64,000 bases of DNA from an uncultured Eubacteriales bacterium (GCA_902799465.1 CADCAS010000001.1:80055-144054), one strand, 5' to 3'; counted from the first letter of the stretch, positions 8,553 through 17,697 are shown. Notes: a model not told the origin generated them from the sequence alone. Translations and numbers: made by a program.

Positions 8553-10244
8553 ATGAACTATCTGCTCAATAAATTCCTGCCTCAGATCGAGTTTGACAGC
8601 TACGAGGAATTCAAGGATAAATTCACCATCAACGTGCCCGAAGATTTCAATTTCGGCTTCGACGTGGTGGACGCCTGGGCCGAGGCGGAGCCCGAAAAGC
8701 GGGCGCTGCTGTGGGTCAACGAGGAGGACGAGGAGCACAGCTTCACCTTCACCGACATCAAGCGCCTGTCCAACCGCGTGGCCAACTTCTTCAGCGACCT
8801 GGGCCTCAAAAAGGGCGACGTGGTGATGATGATCCTGCGCCGCCGCTGGGAATACTGGATCTGCGCCACGGCGCTTCACAAGCTGGGTGTCATACTGATC
8901 CCCGCCACCCTCCAGCTGACCAAGAAGGACATCGTCTATCGCGGCAACGCCGCCGAGGTCAAGGCCGTGGTGTGCGTGGACGACGCCTTTGTGGTGGGCC
9001 AGATGGAGGCCTCCCAGCCGGAGATCCCCTCCCTCAAGCACAAGATCCTGGTGGGCAGCCCGCGGGACGGCTGGCTCGACCTGCATGCCGAGATGGAAAA
9101 GTACCCCGAGACCTTCGAGCGCCCCACCGGCGATGCGGCCACCCGCGTCAACGACGTGATGCTGGTGTACTTCACCAGCGGCACCACCGGCATGCCCAAG
9201 CTGGTGCAGCACAACTTCGCCTATCCCCTGGGCCACATCGTCACCGCCAAATACTGGCAGCACGTGGAGGAGAACCGGCTGCACATGTCCGTGTCCGACT
9301 CCGGCTGGGCCAAGTTCGGCTGGGGCAAGATCTACGGCCAGTGGATCTGCGGCGCGACCATCTTCTGCTACGACATGGTGGGCAAGTTCAACCCCGCCAA
9401 CCTGCTCGCGAAGGTGGAGAAGTACCAGGTGACCACCTTCTGCGTGCCCCCGACCATGTACCGCTTCATGCTCCAGGAGGACCTGTCCAGGTACGACCTG
9501 TCCTGCCTGCATCACTGCGCCACCGCCGGCGAGCCGCTGAACCCCGAGGTGGTGAAGCAGTGGAAGGAGAAGGTGGGCCGGCAGATCTACGAGGGCTTCG
9601 GCCAGTCCGAGGGCCCCGTGCTGATGGCCAACTTCGGCAGCGAGTGGTTTAAGCCCATCGAGGGCTCCACCGGCAAGCCCAATCCCCTGTTTGACATCCA
9701 GCTGCTGGACAGCGACGGCAACGTCTGCGAGGACGGCGACGAGGGCAGCCTGACCATCATGGACGTGAAGCACCACCCGCCCGTGGGCCTGTTCACCGGC
9801 TACTACCGAGACCCCAAGCAGACCGAGGAGAAGCTGGGCGGCATCGGCTACAACACCGGCGACGTGCTCTGGCGCGACAGCGAGGGCTACTACCGCTTCG
9901 TGGGCCGCAATGACGACGTAATCAAATGCTCCGGCTATCGCATCGGGCCCTTCGAGGTGGAGTCCGCGCTGATCGCCCACGACGCCGTGGTGGAGTGCGC
10001 CATCACCGGCGCGCCCGACCCTATCCGCGGCCAGATCGTCAAGGCCACCGTCGTGCTGGCCAAGGGCTGGACCCCCTCCGATCAGCTCACCAAGGAGCTC
10101 CAGAACCACGTCAAGAAGCTCACCGCCCCCTATAAGTACCCCCGCGTCATCGAATACGTCGACGAGCTCCCCAAGACCGTCGGCGGCAAGATCAAGCGCG
10201 CACAGATCCGCAAGGCCGACGAGGATCAGTACGGCGCACAATAA
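8553..10244 (+). CDS. AMP-forming acyl-CoA synthetase (medium-chain/acetyl-CoA-synthetase-like)
   Basis: AMP-binding signature YFTSGTTGMPK, plus YNTGD and C-terminal PKTVGGKIKR. Confidence 0.92.
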   Translation: MNYLLNKFLPQIEFDSYEEFKDKFTINVPEDFNFGFDVVDAWAEAEPEKRALLWVNEEDEEHSFTFTDIKRLSNRVANFFSDLGLKKGDVVMMILRRRWEYWICATALHKLGVILIPATLQLTKKDIVYRGNAAEVKAVVCVDDAFVVGQMEASQPEIPSLKHKILVGSPRDGWLDLHAEMEKYPETFERPTGDAATRVNDVMLVYFTSGTTGMPKLVQHNFAYPLGHIVTAKYWQHVEENRLHMSVSDSGWAKFGWGKIYGQWICGATIFCYDMVGKFNPANLLAKVEKYQVTTFCVPPTMYRFMLQEDLSRYDLSCLHHCATAGEPLNPEVVKQWKEKVGRQIYEGFGQSEGPVLMANFGSEWFKPIEGSTGKPNPLFDIQLLDSDGNVCEDGDEGSLTIMDVKHHPPVGLFTGYYRDPKQTEEKLGGIGYNTGDVLWRDSEGYYRFVGRNDDVIKCSGYRIGPFEVESALIAHDAVVECAITGAPDPIRGQIVKATVVLAKGWTPSDQLTKELQNHVKKLTAPYKYPRVIEYVDELPKTVGGKIKRAQIRKADEDQYGAQ

Positions 10245-10257
10245 ACCCATAATAACC

Positions 10258-10297
10258 CGCCGCGCAGGTTAAAACTCCATGCCTGCGCGGCTTTTTT
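10258..10297 (+). terminator. rho-independent terminator
   Basis: GCCGCGCAGG ... CCTGCGCGGC stem followed by TTTTTTT. Confidence 0.75.
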
Positions 10298-10369
10298 TGC
10301 GGCCCGTTTAAGGCTATTTCAAGGATACCGCGTATAATGGAGCCATCCAATGAACGGGAGGCACACAAA

Positions 10370-12532
10370 ATGAAGAAACTGATCGCGATGCTACTGACCC
10401 TCTCGATGCTGCTGGCGCAGGGCGTATGCGCCGTCGCGGAGGATACCGACGAAACTACCGCAGAGGAGCGCGCGGCCATCGAGGCGGCGCTGAACCTCGC
10501 AAACAACCCGGACCAGGCCTGGTCCTACGACGCCGAAAGCGACGCCTGGACGCTGTCCATCGTGTCGGCGGTGGTCAATCCCGTGATCCCCGACGAGGAG
10601 GGCGTGTCGGTGTGCGTGCCGGGGGCCTATGTGACCGGCATCGACACCGACGGCGACGGCGCGGCGGATGTCACCGCCGAAAGCTATGCCGACACCGTGA
10701 ACGGTTCCCTGGTCATCGACTATGACGCCAGCGTCACCTCCACCCACGGCCAGGTCTACACTGCCGCCACGGCCCCGGTGATCCTGAACACCGGCGCGGC
10801 GGGCTACGGCAACTCCAGCAACACGCTGGCGTCCTCTGCCTACGCGCAGGAGGGCTATATCAACGTCTCCTGCGGCAACCGCGGCAAGCAGGACAGCTAT
10901 ACCGACGAAAGCGGCCAGACCGTCTACACCGGCGACGCGCCGTCCTGCCTCGCGGACCAGAAGGCCGCGGCGCGGTTCGTGAAGTACAACATCCTGCTGG
11001 GCAATCTGCCGGGCAGCGTGGACTACTGGGTCTCCACCGGCGGCAGCGGCGGCGGCGCGCACGCGGTGATGTTCGCGGCCACCTCCAACCATCCGGATTT
11101 CTACGACTATCAGATCGAAGTCGGCGCGGTGGGCGTCTATCGCAACGCCGACGGCAGCTATGATACCACCGTCACCATCGACGGCGAACAGGTGGAGCTC
11201 TCCGACGGCGCGTGGGGCTGCGTGGGCTACAGCCCAATCACGTCCCTCTACGAGGCCGACATGGCCATGGCCTTCGAGTATTCCCTCGACCCGGATTACA
11301 GCTTCAACACTGAATTCCAGAAGACGCTGGCGAGCTGCCTGTCTCAGGAGTACATGGAGTACGTCAACAGCCAGGACTGGACGTTTATGGGCGTCCCGCT
11401 GACCATCGAATACGACGCGGAAAGCGGAAGCTATACCGGCAGCTATGTGGATATGTACCGCTCCTGGTTCATCAACCAGCTCAACGAATATCTGAGCCAG
11501 CTGGATTACGCCGACGGCTGGACTTGGTTCGACTCGGACGGCAATACCCTGTCCGACGCGGAATTCCAAACCATGACCTTAGAGGACAAGATGCAGGCGT
11601 TCATTGAGGGCCGCTACTACAAGGGCTCCTCCGGTCGCGGCGGTCGCGGCGGCATGATGGGCGGCATGCTCCCCAGCGGCATGAACGGCAGGGCCGACTT
11701 CGGCGGCGGGCGTCCCGACTTTGCGAACGGTGAAATGCCCGACTTCGGCGGCCGGGGCGGCATGGGAGACGTCAACATGGGACCCGACGCCGGCGGCGAC
11801 GAAATGCGGGTCGGCACGCCGGATCAGGGCACCACTCAGGCCAGCGGCAGCGCCGTGGATTCCAGAAATTACGCCACCTATGAAGAGATGCTCGCCGCCT
11901 ACGCCGCCGACATCGCGGAGCTTGAGTCGGGCGACCGCTATGGCAAAAACCCCGTCGACCTCTACAATCCCCTCAACTACATCGGCGCGGAGGGCACTGA
12001 AAACCCCGCCTGGATGGTGCTGCTGTGCGGCGCGGCGGAGGGCGACATCTCCATGCTGAACTCCATGAACATCGAGATTGCCGCGCAGATGGCGGGCATC
12101 GACGCCGAAGCCCAGTGGCAATGGGACGGCGGCCACGTGCCCAGTGAAATCTTCGGCAGCTCCCTGGCGCTGCGGGTGGATCAGATGTACGGCGAATACG
12201 CGGAGAATCCCGCCCTTACCGGCGAGGCAATCACCAAATCCGATGCCGATTTGCAGACCGAAAACGGCGCCGCGGAATCCCCCACCGGCACGGACCTGAC
12301 CTCCTGGGTCAGCCTGGAGGAGGACGGGAGATATATCTTCTCCCTGGAGGACATCGCCGCCTACCGCACCGCCGCCGCCAGCAAGGCCACCCCCAGCTTC
12401 GACGTGATCGACTACGGCCAGGAGGACTACGTGTTCGGCGACACTGACACCGACGCCCGCCACTGGAGCGAATGGGTCTACAAAGCCCTGTCGGACAACC
12501 GCGAGGTCCTGGAGCCTCTGTTCAATCAATAA
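10370..12532 (+). CDS. secreted protein, putative alpha/beta-hydrolase (tannase/esterase-like) with a Gly/Met-rich insert
   Basis: Signal peptide MKKLIAMLLTLSMLLAQGVCAVA. GxSxG-like nucleophile elbow STGGSGGGAHAV. The start is placed at the internal ATG behind the GGGAGG RBS. Confidence 0.7.
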   Translation: MKKLIAMLLTLSMLLAQGVCAVAEDTDETTAEERAAIEAALNLANNPDQAWSYDAESDAWTLSIVSAVVNPVIPDEEGVSVCVPGAYVTGIDTDGDGAADVTAESYADTVNGSLVIDYDASVTSTHGQVYTAATAPVILNTGAAGYGNSSNTLASSAYAQEGYINVSCGNRGKQDSYTDESGQTVYTGDAPSCLADQKAAARFVKYNILLGNLPGSVDYWVSTGGSGGGAHAVMFAATSNHPDFYDYQIEVGAVGVYRNADGSYDTTVTIDGEQVELSDGAWGCVGYSPITSLYEADMAMAFEYSLDPDYSFNTEFQKTLASCLSQEYMEYVNSQDWTFMGVPLTIEYDAESGSYTGSYVDMYRSWFINQLNEYLSQLDYADGWTWFDSDGNTLSDAEFQTMTLEDKMQAFIEGRYYKGSSGRGGRGGMMGGMLPSGMNGRADFGGGRPDFANGEMPDFGGRGGMGDVNMGPDAGGDEMRVGTPDQGTTQASGSAVDSRNYATYEEMLAAYAADIAELESGDRYGKNPVDLYNPLNYIGAEGTENPAWMVLLCGAAEGDISMLNSMNIEIAAQMAGIDAEAQWQWDGGHVPSEIFGSSLALRVDQMYGEYAENPALTGEAITKSDADLQTENGAAESPTGTDLTSWVSLEEDGRYIFSLEDIAAYRTAAASKATPSFDVIDYGQEDYVFGDTDTDARHWSEWVYKALSDNREVLEPLFNQ

Positions 12533-12571
12533 AATCACGGCAATGACCGCCCCGCGGCGGCCATTGCCTTT

Positions 12572-12940
12572 CTATGTCTTCATGTGGGGCTTGAACAGCA
12601 GCGCGTTGATCAACCCGAACACCACCGCCGCGGTGATGCCCGCCGCCGTCCGCGTGACGCCGCCCACAAAGGCCCCGATCAGCCCATAGCGGTTCACACC
12701 CTCGATGGCGCCCATGGCCAGCGAGTAGCCAAACCCCGTCAGCGGCACCGTGGCCCCCGCCCCGGCGAAGTCCACCAGCGGCTTGTACAGCCCCAGCGCC
12801 GTCAAAAACACCCCGGACACCACAAACAGCACCAGTATCCGCGCGTTGGTCAGCTTCGTATTCATGATCAAAGCCTGCCCCACACAGCAGATCAAACCGC
12901 CGACGACAAAGGCCTTGAGGAATGGCATTATTGTTTCCAT
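12572..12940 (-). CDS. spoVAE: stage V sporulation protein AE
   Basis: 122-aa membrane protein with SpoVAE-like sequence (VPLTGFGYSL..GAIEGV). AGGAGGG RBS before the ATG at 12940; last gene of the spoVAC-AD-AE order. Confidence 0.85.
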   Translation of the reverse strand: METIMPFLKAFVVGGLICCVGQALIMNTKLTNARILVLFVVSGVFLTALGLYKPLVDFAGAGATVPLTGFGYSLAMGAIEGVNRYGLIGAFVGGVTRTAAGITAAVVFGLINALLFKPHMKT

Positions 12941-12973
12941 ATGCTTCCCTCCTGATTGGATGTTTTGAATAAA

Positions 12974-13126
12974 GGGAAAAGGCAACAGGGAAAAGGGAAA
13001 AGGAATAGCTTGGTTGCGTAGGGGCGGCGATGCGCCGCCCGCCCGGAAATACGGATTATATCGCTATAGTGCGCGCGACAGCCGTCTCCCCTTTTCCCTT
13101 TTCCCTTTTCCCTATTCCCTTTTCCC
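12974..13126. repeat. heptamer-armed structured intergenic element D (core type 2), intercistronic in the spoVA operon
   Basis: Left arm GGGAAAA GGCAACA GGGAAAA GGGAAAA GGAATAG. Right arm TTTTCCC x3, TATTCCC, TTTTCCC. The core begins AATAGCTTGGTTGCGTA..GATGCGCCGCCC, as in element C. Confidence 0.75.
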
Positions 13127-13138
13127 TAATCCGTCGCC

Positions 13139-14146
13139 CTACTCCCCCTCCAGACTCACCGCATAGCATATCCCGGGTATGCTCTGCCCCTGCTGGCTGG
13201 ACGTGGGCGAAAGCATGGCCCCGGATCCGGAGAGGAGGACGCGGGACAGCTCGCCGCTCTCGATGCGCTTCATGATCCAGCTGCACGACACCGACGCCAC
13301 GCAGCCGCAGCCGCTGCCCCCGGCGTGGGGGTCCTGCGCCTGGCTGTAGAGGCTCGCACCGCAGTCCACCAGCTTGTCCGCAGGCATATCCACCCCCGCC
13401 TTGCGGCACAATTGTAGAAGCAGGTCGCGCCCGATCCAGCCCAGGTCGCCGGTGACGATCAGGTCGTAGTCGTCGGCGGACTGCCGGGTGTCTGTGAGGT
13501 GGGCCGTCAGGGTGTCGAACACCGCAGGAGCCATGGCCGCCCCCATGTGGTTGGCATCCGTGATATTGAGATCGATGACCCGCCCCAGCGTCCCTGAGGT
13601 GACCTGTATGCCATGCCCGCCGCCGGACAGCAGCGCGCAGCCGCAGGCGGTGGCGGTCCAGCTGGCCTGGGGCGGGCGCTGGGTGCCCAGCTCCAGCGGG
13701 AAGCGGAACTGACGCTCGGCGGTGCAGAAGTGGCTGGAGGCGCAGCACAGCGCGTTGCGCAGGTCCCCGCCGCTGATCAGCGCCGCCCCCAGCGTCAGCG
13801 CCTCCACGAAGGTGGAGCACGCCCCGTACAGGCCCAAAAACGGCGCGCCCAGCTTCTTCGCGGCGAAGGTGGTGGCGATGATCTGGTTGTTCAGGTCGCC
13901 ACCCAGCACCGCGTCCACGCCGCCCGCGGACAGTCCCGCGGCGTCCAACGTGTCCCGGGCGCAGCGGCGCACCATCTCGCTCTCCGCCAGCTCCCAGCTC
14001 TTCTGGCCCAGCAGGTCGTCCTCCAGGATGGCGTCGAACCACTCCGCCAGAGGGCCCTGCCCCTCCTTGCGTCCGGCGACGCCCCGGTGGGCGGCGATCA
14101 CCGGAGGATTCTCATAGACGATGGTCTGTCCTCCCGCGCGGCTCAC
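13139..14146 (-). CDS. spoVAD: stage V sporulation protein AD
   Basis: 335 aa with a thiolase-like SpoVAD sequence (QTIVYENPPVIAAHRGVAGRKEGQGPL). GTG start overlaps the spoVAC stop (GTGA). The track ORF 13139..14638 is an in-frame read-through artefact. Confidence 0.88.
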   Translation of the reverse strand: MSRAGGQTIVYENPPVIAAHRGVAGRKEGQGPLAEWFDAILEDDLLGQKSWELAESEMVRRCARDTLDAAGLSAGGVDAVLGGDLNNQIIATTFAAKKLGAPFLGLYGACSTFVEALTLGAALISGGDLRNALCCASSHFCTAERQFRFPLELGTQRPPQASWTATACGCALLSGGGHGIQVTSGTLGRVIDLNITDANHMGAAMAPAVFDTLTAHLTDTRQSADDYDLIVTGDLGWIGRDLLLQLCRKAGVDMPADKLVDCGASLYSQAQDPHAGGSGCGCVASVSCSWIMKRIESGELSRVLLSGSGAMLSPTSSQQGQSIPGICYAVSLEGE

Positions 14147-14601
14147 AGCAGCCACCCCCTCAGCGCCCAATAGATCACGCCCACCAGCACCGACGACGCG
14201 ATGCCATAGGCCAGCACCGGCCCCGCCAGCGTGAACAGCCGCGCCCCCACGCCGGTGATCGCGCCCTCCCGCTGGAATTCGATGGCCGGCGCCGCCACGG
14301 AATTGGCGAAGCCCGTCACCGGGATGGCCGACCCCGCCCCGGCATACTTGCCGATGCGGTCGTACACGCCCAGCCCCGTCAGCGTGGTGCCGATGAGGAT
14401 CAGCACCGAGGTGGTGAACATCGGGTTGGTAACCTCGCCCAGCTTCAGGGTCTCCGCCCACGCGCTGATGAGCTGTCCCAGCGCGCAGATCGCGCCGCCC
14501 ACCCAGAAGGCGCGGACGTAGCCCACCAGCATCCGGCTGGATGGCGTGACACGGGACACCAAGTGCTGGTATTGCCCGGCGGTGTAGGGCTGTCGGCTCA
14601 T
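14143..14601 (-). CDS. spoVAC: stage V sporulation protein AC
   Basis: 152-aa membrane protein (GAGSAIPVTGFANSV). GGGAGG RBS before the ATG at 14601. Confidence 0.88.
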   Translation of the reverse strand: MSRQPYTAGQYQHLVSRVTPSSRMLVGYVRAFWVGGAICALGQLISAWAETLKLGEVTNPMFTTSVLILIGTTLTGLGVYDRIGKYAGAGSAIPVTGFANSVAAPAIEFQREGAITGVGARLFTLAGPVLAYGIASSVLVGVIYWALRGWLL

Positions 14602-14873
14602 ATCCCTGCCTCCCGTCCGCAGGGCAGGGCCGCGGCATACTCCCGCGCCCGTATCTCCCGATTCCTGCAAGCGATGTCCGGCTCCGTTATGACGATGGGC
14701 AGATCCCGCCGCTCCATGCGCGTCATCCCCTTTTTCTTTTGGGACTATTATGGGCCGCGGCGGGGCAGAATATGCAGAAACTCAGCGTGTTGCGCGAAAA
14801 ACGAATTAAAATAAAAGGGGGCCAGTCCGCGCGAAATCCACGCTTCCTGTCCCCTTTGTTGATCCTCAATCCG

Positions 14874-15449
14874 TCACTTCAGCATCTCTGCGAGGCTGCC
14901 CTCGGGCTCCACGCCCGTGCCCTCGCGGATGAGGGTGAACATCTCCTTGAGCTGCTTTTTGTTGTAGATGCCGGTGTTCATGTGGTAGCGCTTGCCGTCG
15001 CTGGTGAGGAAGCAGGCCTCCTTCACCTTGAACAGCGGCGACTTCTCGTCTGCGTTGGACTTGTCCACGCGGCTGAACCCCAGGTCCTCCACATAGCCGT
15101 AGCGCTCGACCTTGTCCATGTCGATGGTCTTGTCGATGAGCTTGAGGTCGGTGGAGCCCTGGCGGTAGATGATCATGGCCCGCTTCGCGTCCGGCGCGGG
15201 CTGGATGGTGGCGGGAAAGGCGATGCGCAGCCGCTTCCCGTCGATGCAGACCTGCGCCCTGGCATACAGCGAGCCGTAGGCGATGCCCATGGCGGCGATG
15301 AGATAGGAGAAGAAGGAAAAGCTGCTCATGTACGGGTTAATGGTGCCGGTGATCTGACCGTAGAGGGTAAATATGGCATCGGAGCAGCTTATCGCGACCA
15401 GCACATACAGCACGATATAGCCTGAACAGTAGGGACGAAATCTCTTCAT
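14874..15449 (-). CDS. hypothetical membrane protein
   Basis: 191-aa ORF with two N-terminal hydrophobic helices; coding-type GC3 bias. Confidence 0.6.
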   Translation of the reverse strand: MKRFRPYCSGYIVLYVLVAISCSDAIFTLYGQITGTINPYMSSFSFFSYLIAAMGIAYGSLYARAQVCIDGKRLRIAFPATIQPAPDAKRAMIIYRQGSTDLKLIDKTIDMDKVERYGYVEDLGFSRVDKSNADEKSPLFKVKEACFLTSDGKRYHMNTGIYNKKQLKEMFTLIREGTGVEPEGSLAEMLK

Positions 15450-15467
15450 ATCCGCGATCCTTTCACA

Positions 15468-16064
15468 TTAAAACATCCGAAACAGCGCCACCAGCTTGCC
15501 CAGCACGGTGGCATTCTCGACGATGATGGGCGCCATGGTGGAATTCTCGGGCTGGAGCCGCACGTGGCCATCCTCGTAGAAGATGCGCTTCAGCGTCGCC
15601 TCGTCCTCCACCAGCGCCACCACGATCTCGCCGTTGTCGGCGGAATCCTGCTGGCGAATGACCACGATGTCGCCGTCGTAGATGCCCGCCTCGATCATGC
15701 TCTCCCCCTGCACCCGCAGGCAGAAGCAATCGTCCTGTCCCAGCAGGCTCTGAGGCAGCACCAGATGGTCCTCGATATTCTCCACGGCCAGGATCGGCAG
15801 GCCCGCCGTCACCCGACCCACCAGCGGCACGCTGCGGCCCCGCTGGTGGGAGCCGTCCAGCACCTCCAGCGCGCGGGGCTTGGTGGAGTCCCGCCGGATG
15901 AGGCCCTGCTCCTCCAGGTGGTTCAAATGGGCGTGCACCGTGGAGGTGGATTTCAGCCCCACCGCCTGACAGATCTCCCGAACAGAAGGCGGATAGCCCT
16001 TCAGCTCGATCTCACTCTTGATGTAATCCAGGATTCGCTGCTGATTCAGCTGTGACGAACGCAT
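15468..16064 (-). CDS. lexA: LexA repressor
   Basis: Winged-helix N-terminus ([23 protein letters not shown]) and S24 peptidase C-terminus (GESM...[12 protein letters not shown]). Confidence 0.95.
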   Translation of the reverse strand: MRSSQLNQQRILDYIKSEIELKGYPPSVREICQAVGLKSTSTVHAHLNHLEEQGLIRRDSTKPRALEVLDGSHQRGRSVPLVGRVTAGLPILAVENIEDHLVLPQSLLGQDDCFCLRVQGESMIEAGIYDGDIVVIRQQDSADNGEIVVALVEDEATLKRIFYEDGHVRLQPENSTMAPIIVENATVLGKLVALFRMF

Positions 16065-16131
16065 GCCAAGCCTCTCCCATCACGCAATGATGAATTGTGA
16101 CTTTATTATAGCATATTCTTTGTAAAAATAC

Positions 16132-16143
16132 AAACATATGTTC
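16132..16143. promoter_or_regulatory. SOS (Cheo-type) box upstream of lexA
   Basis: AAACATATGTTC is one mismatch from GAAC-N4-GTTC. On the minus strand it overlaps a TTGTAT-17-TATAAT promoter. Confidence 0.55.
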
Positions 16144-16146
16144 AAA

Positions 16147-17076
16147 TTATGTGCGCGTTTTCGGCAAAAAAGCCGACTTCAGCGCCGCCTCCGACAGCCC
16201 CTGCCCGATGACGACCAGCACGCCCTTGCGCACGTCGTCCACCGGGCGCACGGCGCGGTCCTCGGGGGTGCAGTTGACCTCGTACCAGTGTCCGTCCAGA
16301 TCCCGAATGTACCCCTTGACCCGCAGCACTCTGCCGAACTGCGGCTCGCGCATCACGGCGTCCAGCCGCGCCAAAAGATCTGCCTCGCCTTCGCAGCGGT
16401 CGGCGGTCATGAAGGTGTCGTAGAGCTCCTCGTGATTTGCCCCGTGGTGAGGATGCTCGTCCCGCCGGTAACCGCAGGCCATGAGGCGCTCAAAATCCCC
16501 ATCCGTCAGCGCGTCCCAGTCCACCGCCCAGACCTCGTCGTTCAGCACACGGCGTCCCCCGCATTTCAGGATCAGCCCGTTGAGCCACGCCACCGTCCGC
16601 GCCGCCGCGCCCTCACCTTCGCCCTGGGCCTTGCTCAAAACCACCGCGCCCGCCGCCATCAGCTGGCTGAACATCAGCGCCTCGGACTCCGGGGAGAGCG
16701 TCTCCGGCACCCGCGCGTCCACGATGGCCACCACGCTGCCGATCTCGCACAGCCCGCGCACCTCGTCCATGACCCCGAAGAACTCGTCCACGTCGTAGAT
16801 GCCCGACGGCTCCACCAGCACACGGTCGATCCCCCGCGCTGCCGCGTCCTTGAGCATCCCGATAAACTGGCCCCGTCCCCGGCAGCACATGCACACCCCC
16901 GACAGGTCCTCGATATCGCAGTCCTCGTCCCTCAAAAGCCGCGCGTCCACGCCCACACTGCCAAATTCGTTCTCGATCACAAGCACCCGACGGTCCGCCA
17001 AATGCTCCAGATACCTGTGGATAAAGGTCGTCTTCCCGGCCCCCAGAAATCCCGTGATCAAATCCACCCGCGTCAA
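16147..17076 (-). CDS. COG0523-family (CobW/YjiA-like) metallochaperone GTPase
   Basis: P-loop GFLGAGKTT and CxCC motif GVCMCC; TTG start. Confidence 0.85.
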   Translation of the reverse strand: MTRVDLITGFLGAGKTTFIHRYLEHLADRRVLVIENEFGSVGVDARLLRDEDCDIEDLSGVCMCCRGRGQFIGMLKDAAARGIDRVLVEPSGIYDVDEFFGVMDEVRGLCEIGSVVAIVDARVPETLSPESEALMFSQLMAAGAVVLSKAQGEGEGAAARTVAWLNGLILKCGGRRVLNDEVWAVDWDALTDGDFERLMACGYRRDEHPHHGANHEELYDTFMTADRCEGEADLLARLDAVMREPQFGRVLRVKGYIRDLDGHWYEVNCTPEDRAVRPVDDVRKGVLVVIGQGLSEAALKSAFLPKTRT

Positions 17077-17391
17077 TCCGCCCTGCCCCCTTCACATGAA
17101 ATCCTCCTCCTATCTTACCATAATCCCCTCCCCCATGCAACCCTGACCGACTCTCTGTTTGCAGCTCCACATTCCGGCGGCTTTGGAGTGGCTGACGGCA
17201 GAAATATGTCCTGTCGTATCCTCAGCCTTGTTGAATCCTGTAAACGCAGAACCAGGAGTGGTTTTGAGGCCATCTATTCTGCCTTTTCATCGTCTGTCAT
17301 GGTTAATGGGTGAATTGCAATCTCCGCATATTTCTAATCCCTTTGTTCACCGCTGCCTTTTGTTAAATATCCATATCCTCCCTCCAACCAC

Positions 17392-17421
17392 TGGACAAAT
17401 CCCAGACACCTGTGCTATAAT
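17392..17421 (+). promoter_or_regulatory. sigma-A-type promoter for the tRNA pair
   Basis: TGGACA - 18 nt - TGcTATAAT (extended -10), about 30 nt upstream of tRNA-Thr. Confidence 0.55.
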
Positions 17422-17450
17422 ATCATACTGTCAGCGGTTATGATTTATCC

Positions 17451-17526
17451 GCCAATGTAGCTCAGTTGGCAGAGCAGCGGTTTCGTAAACCGCAGGTCAA
17501 GGGTTCGAGTCCCTTCATTGGCTCCA
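17451..17526 (+). tRNA. tRNA-Thr (anticodon CGU), CCA encoded
   Basis: Cloverleaf folded by hand: acceptor GCCAATG/CATTGGC, anticodon loop TTCGTAA, T-loop GGTTCGAGTCC. Confidence 0.9.
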
Positions 17527-17532
17527 CCCCAA

Positions 17533-17606
17533 CGAGGTGTAGCGCAGTTTGGTAGCGCGTTTGGTTCGGGACCAAAAGGTCGCAGGTTCAAATCCTGTCA
17601 CCTCGA
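17533..17606 (+). tRNA. tRNA-Pro (anticodon CGG)
   Basis: Acceptor CGAGGTG/CACCTCG, anticodon stem-loop TTTGG-TTCGGGA-CCAAA, T-loop GGTTCAAATCC. Its 3' 42 nt are part of attL. Confidence 0.9.
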
Positions 17607-17607
17607 C
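17565..17607 (+). repeat. attL core (3' part of tRNA-Pro)
   Basis: TTCGGGACCAAAAGGTCGCAGGTTCAAATCCTGTCACCTCGAC is identical to 56952-56994. Confidence 0.92.
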
Positions 17608-17611
17608 TTGT

Positions 17612-17650
17612 AAATCTGTGTGATGTGTGAAGCATTACACAGATTTTTTT
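17612..17650 (+). terminator. hairpin plus T-run after tRNA-Pro (phage-side)
   Basis: AAATCTGTGTGATG / CATTACACAGATTT stem, then TTTTTTT. Confidence 0.6.
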
Positions 17651-17697
17651 GTGCTATTCTTTCAAAATCGGACGTGTAATGGCGGGATGAGTGCGGG

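Noticed and set aside
7908-10250. 780-aa minus-strand ORF covering the regulator and acyl-CoA synthetase genes
   Set aside because: Antisense shadow ORF with low-complexity translation. The plus-strand genes carry clear AMP-binding and HTH/cupin motifs.
1650-13126. Tandem heptamer blocks as possible CRISPR arrays or simple microsatellites
   Set aside because: The units are only 7 nt with no spacers, and they always occur as a pair of mutually complementary blocks around a core. That is neither CRISPR architecture nor a plain microsatellite.
13139-14638. Single 499-aa ORF spanning spoVAD and part of spoVAC
   Set aside because: The upstream part is an in-frame read-through lacking SpoVAD similarity. 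spoVAC occupies 14143-14601 in another frame, and a GTG at 14146 gives a normal-length SpoVAD with a GTGA overlap.
17077-17450. ~375-nt untranslated stretch upstream of the COG0523 GTPase gene, as a possible cobalamin or metal riboswitch
   Set aside because: I reverse-complemented it and looked for a B12 box and conserved riboswitch cores but could not find convincing matches by eye. Part of the region is the tRNA promoter. A covariance-model scan (Rfam) would be needed.
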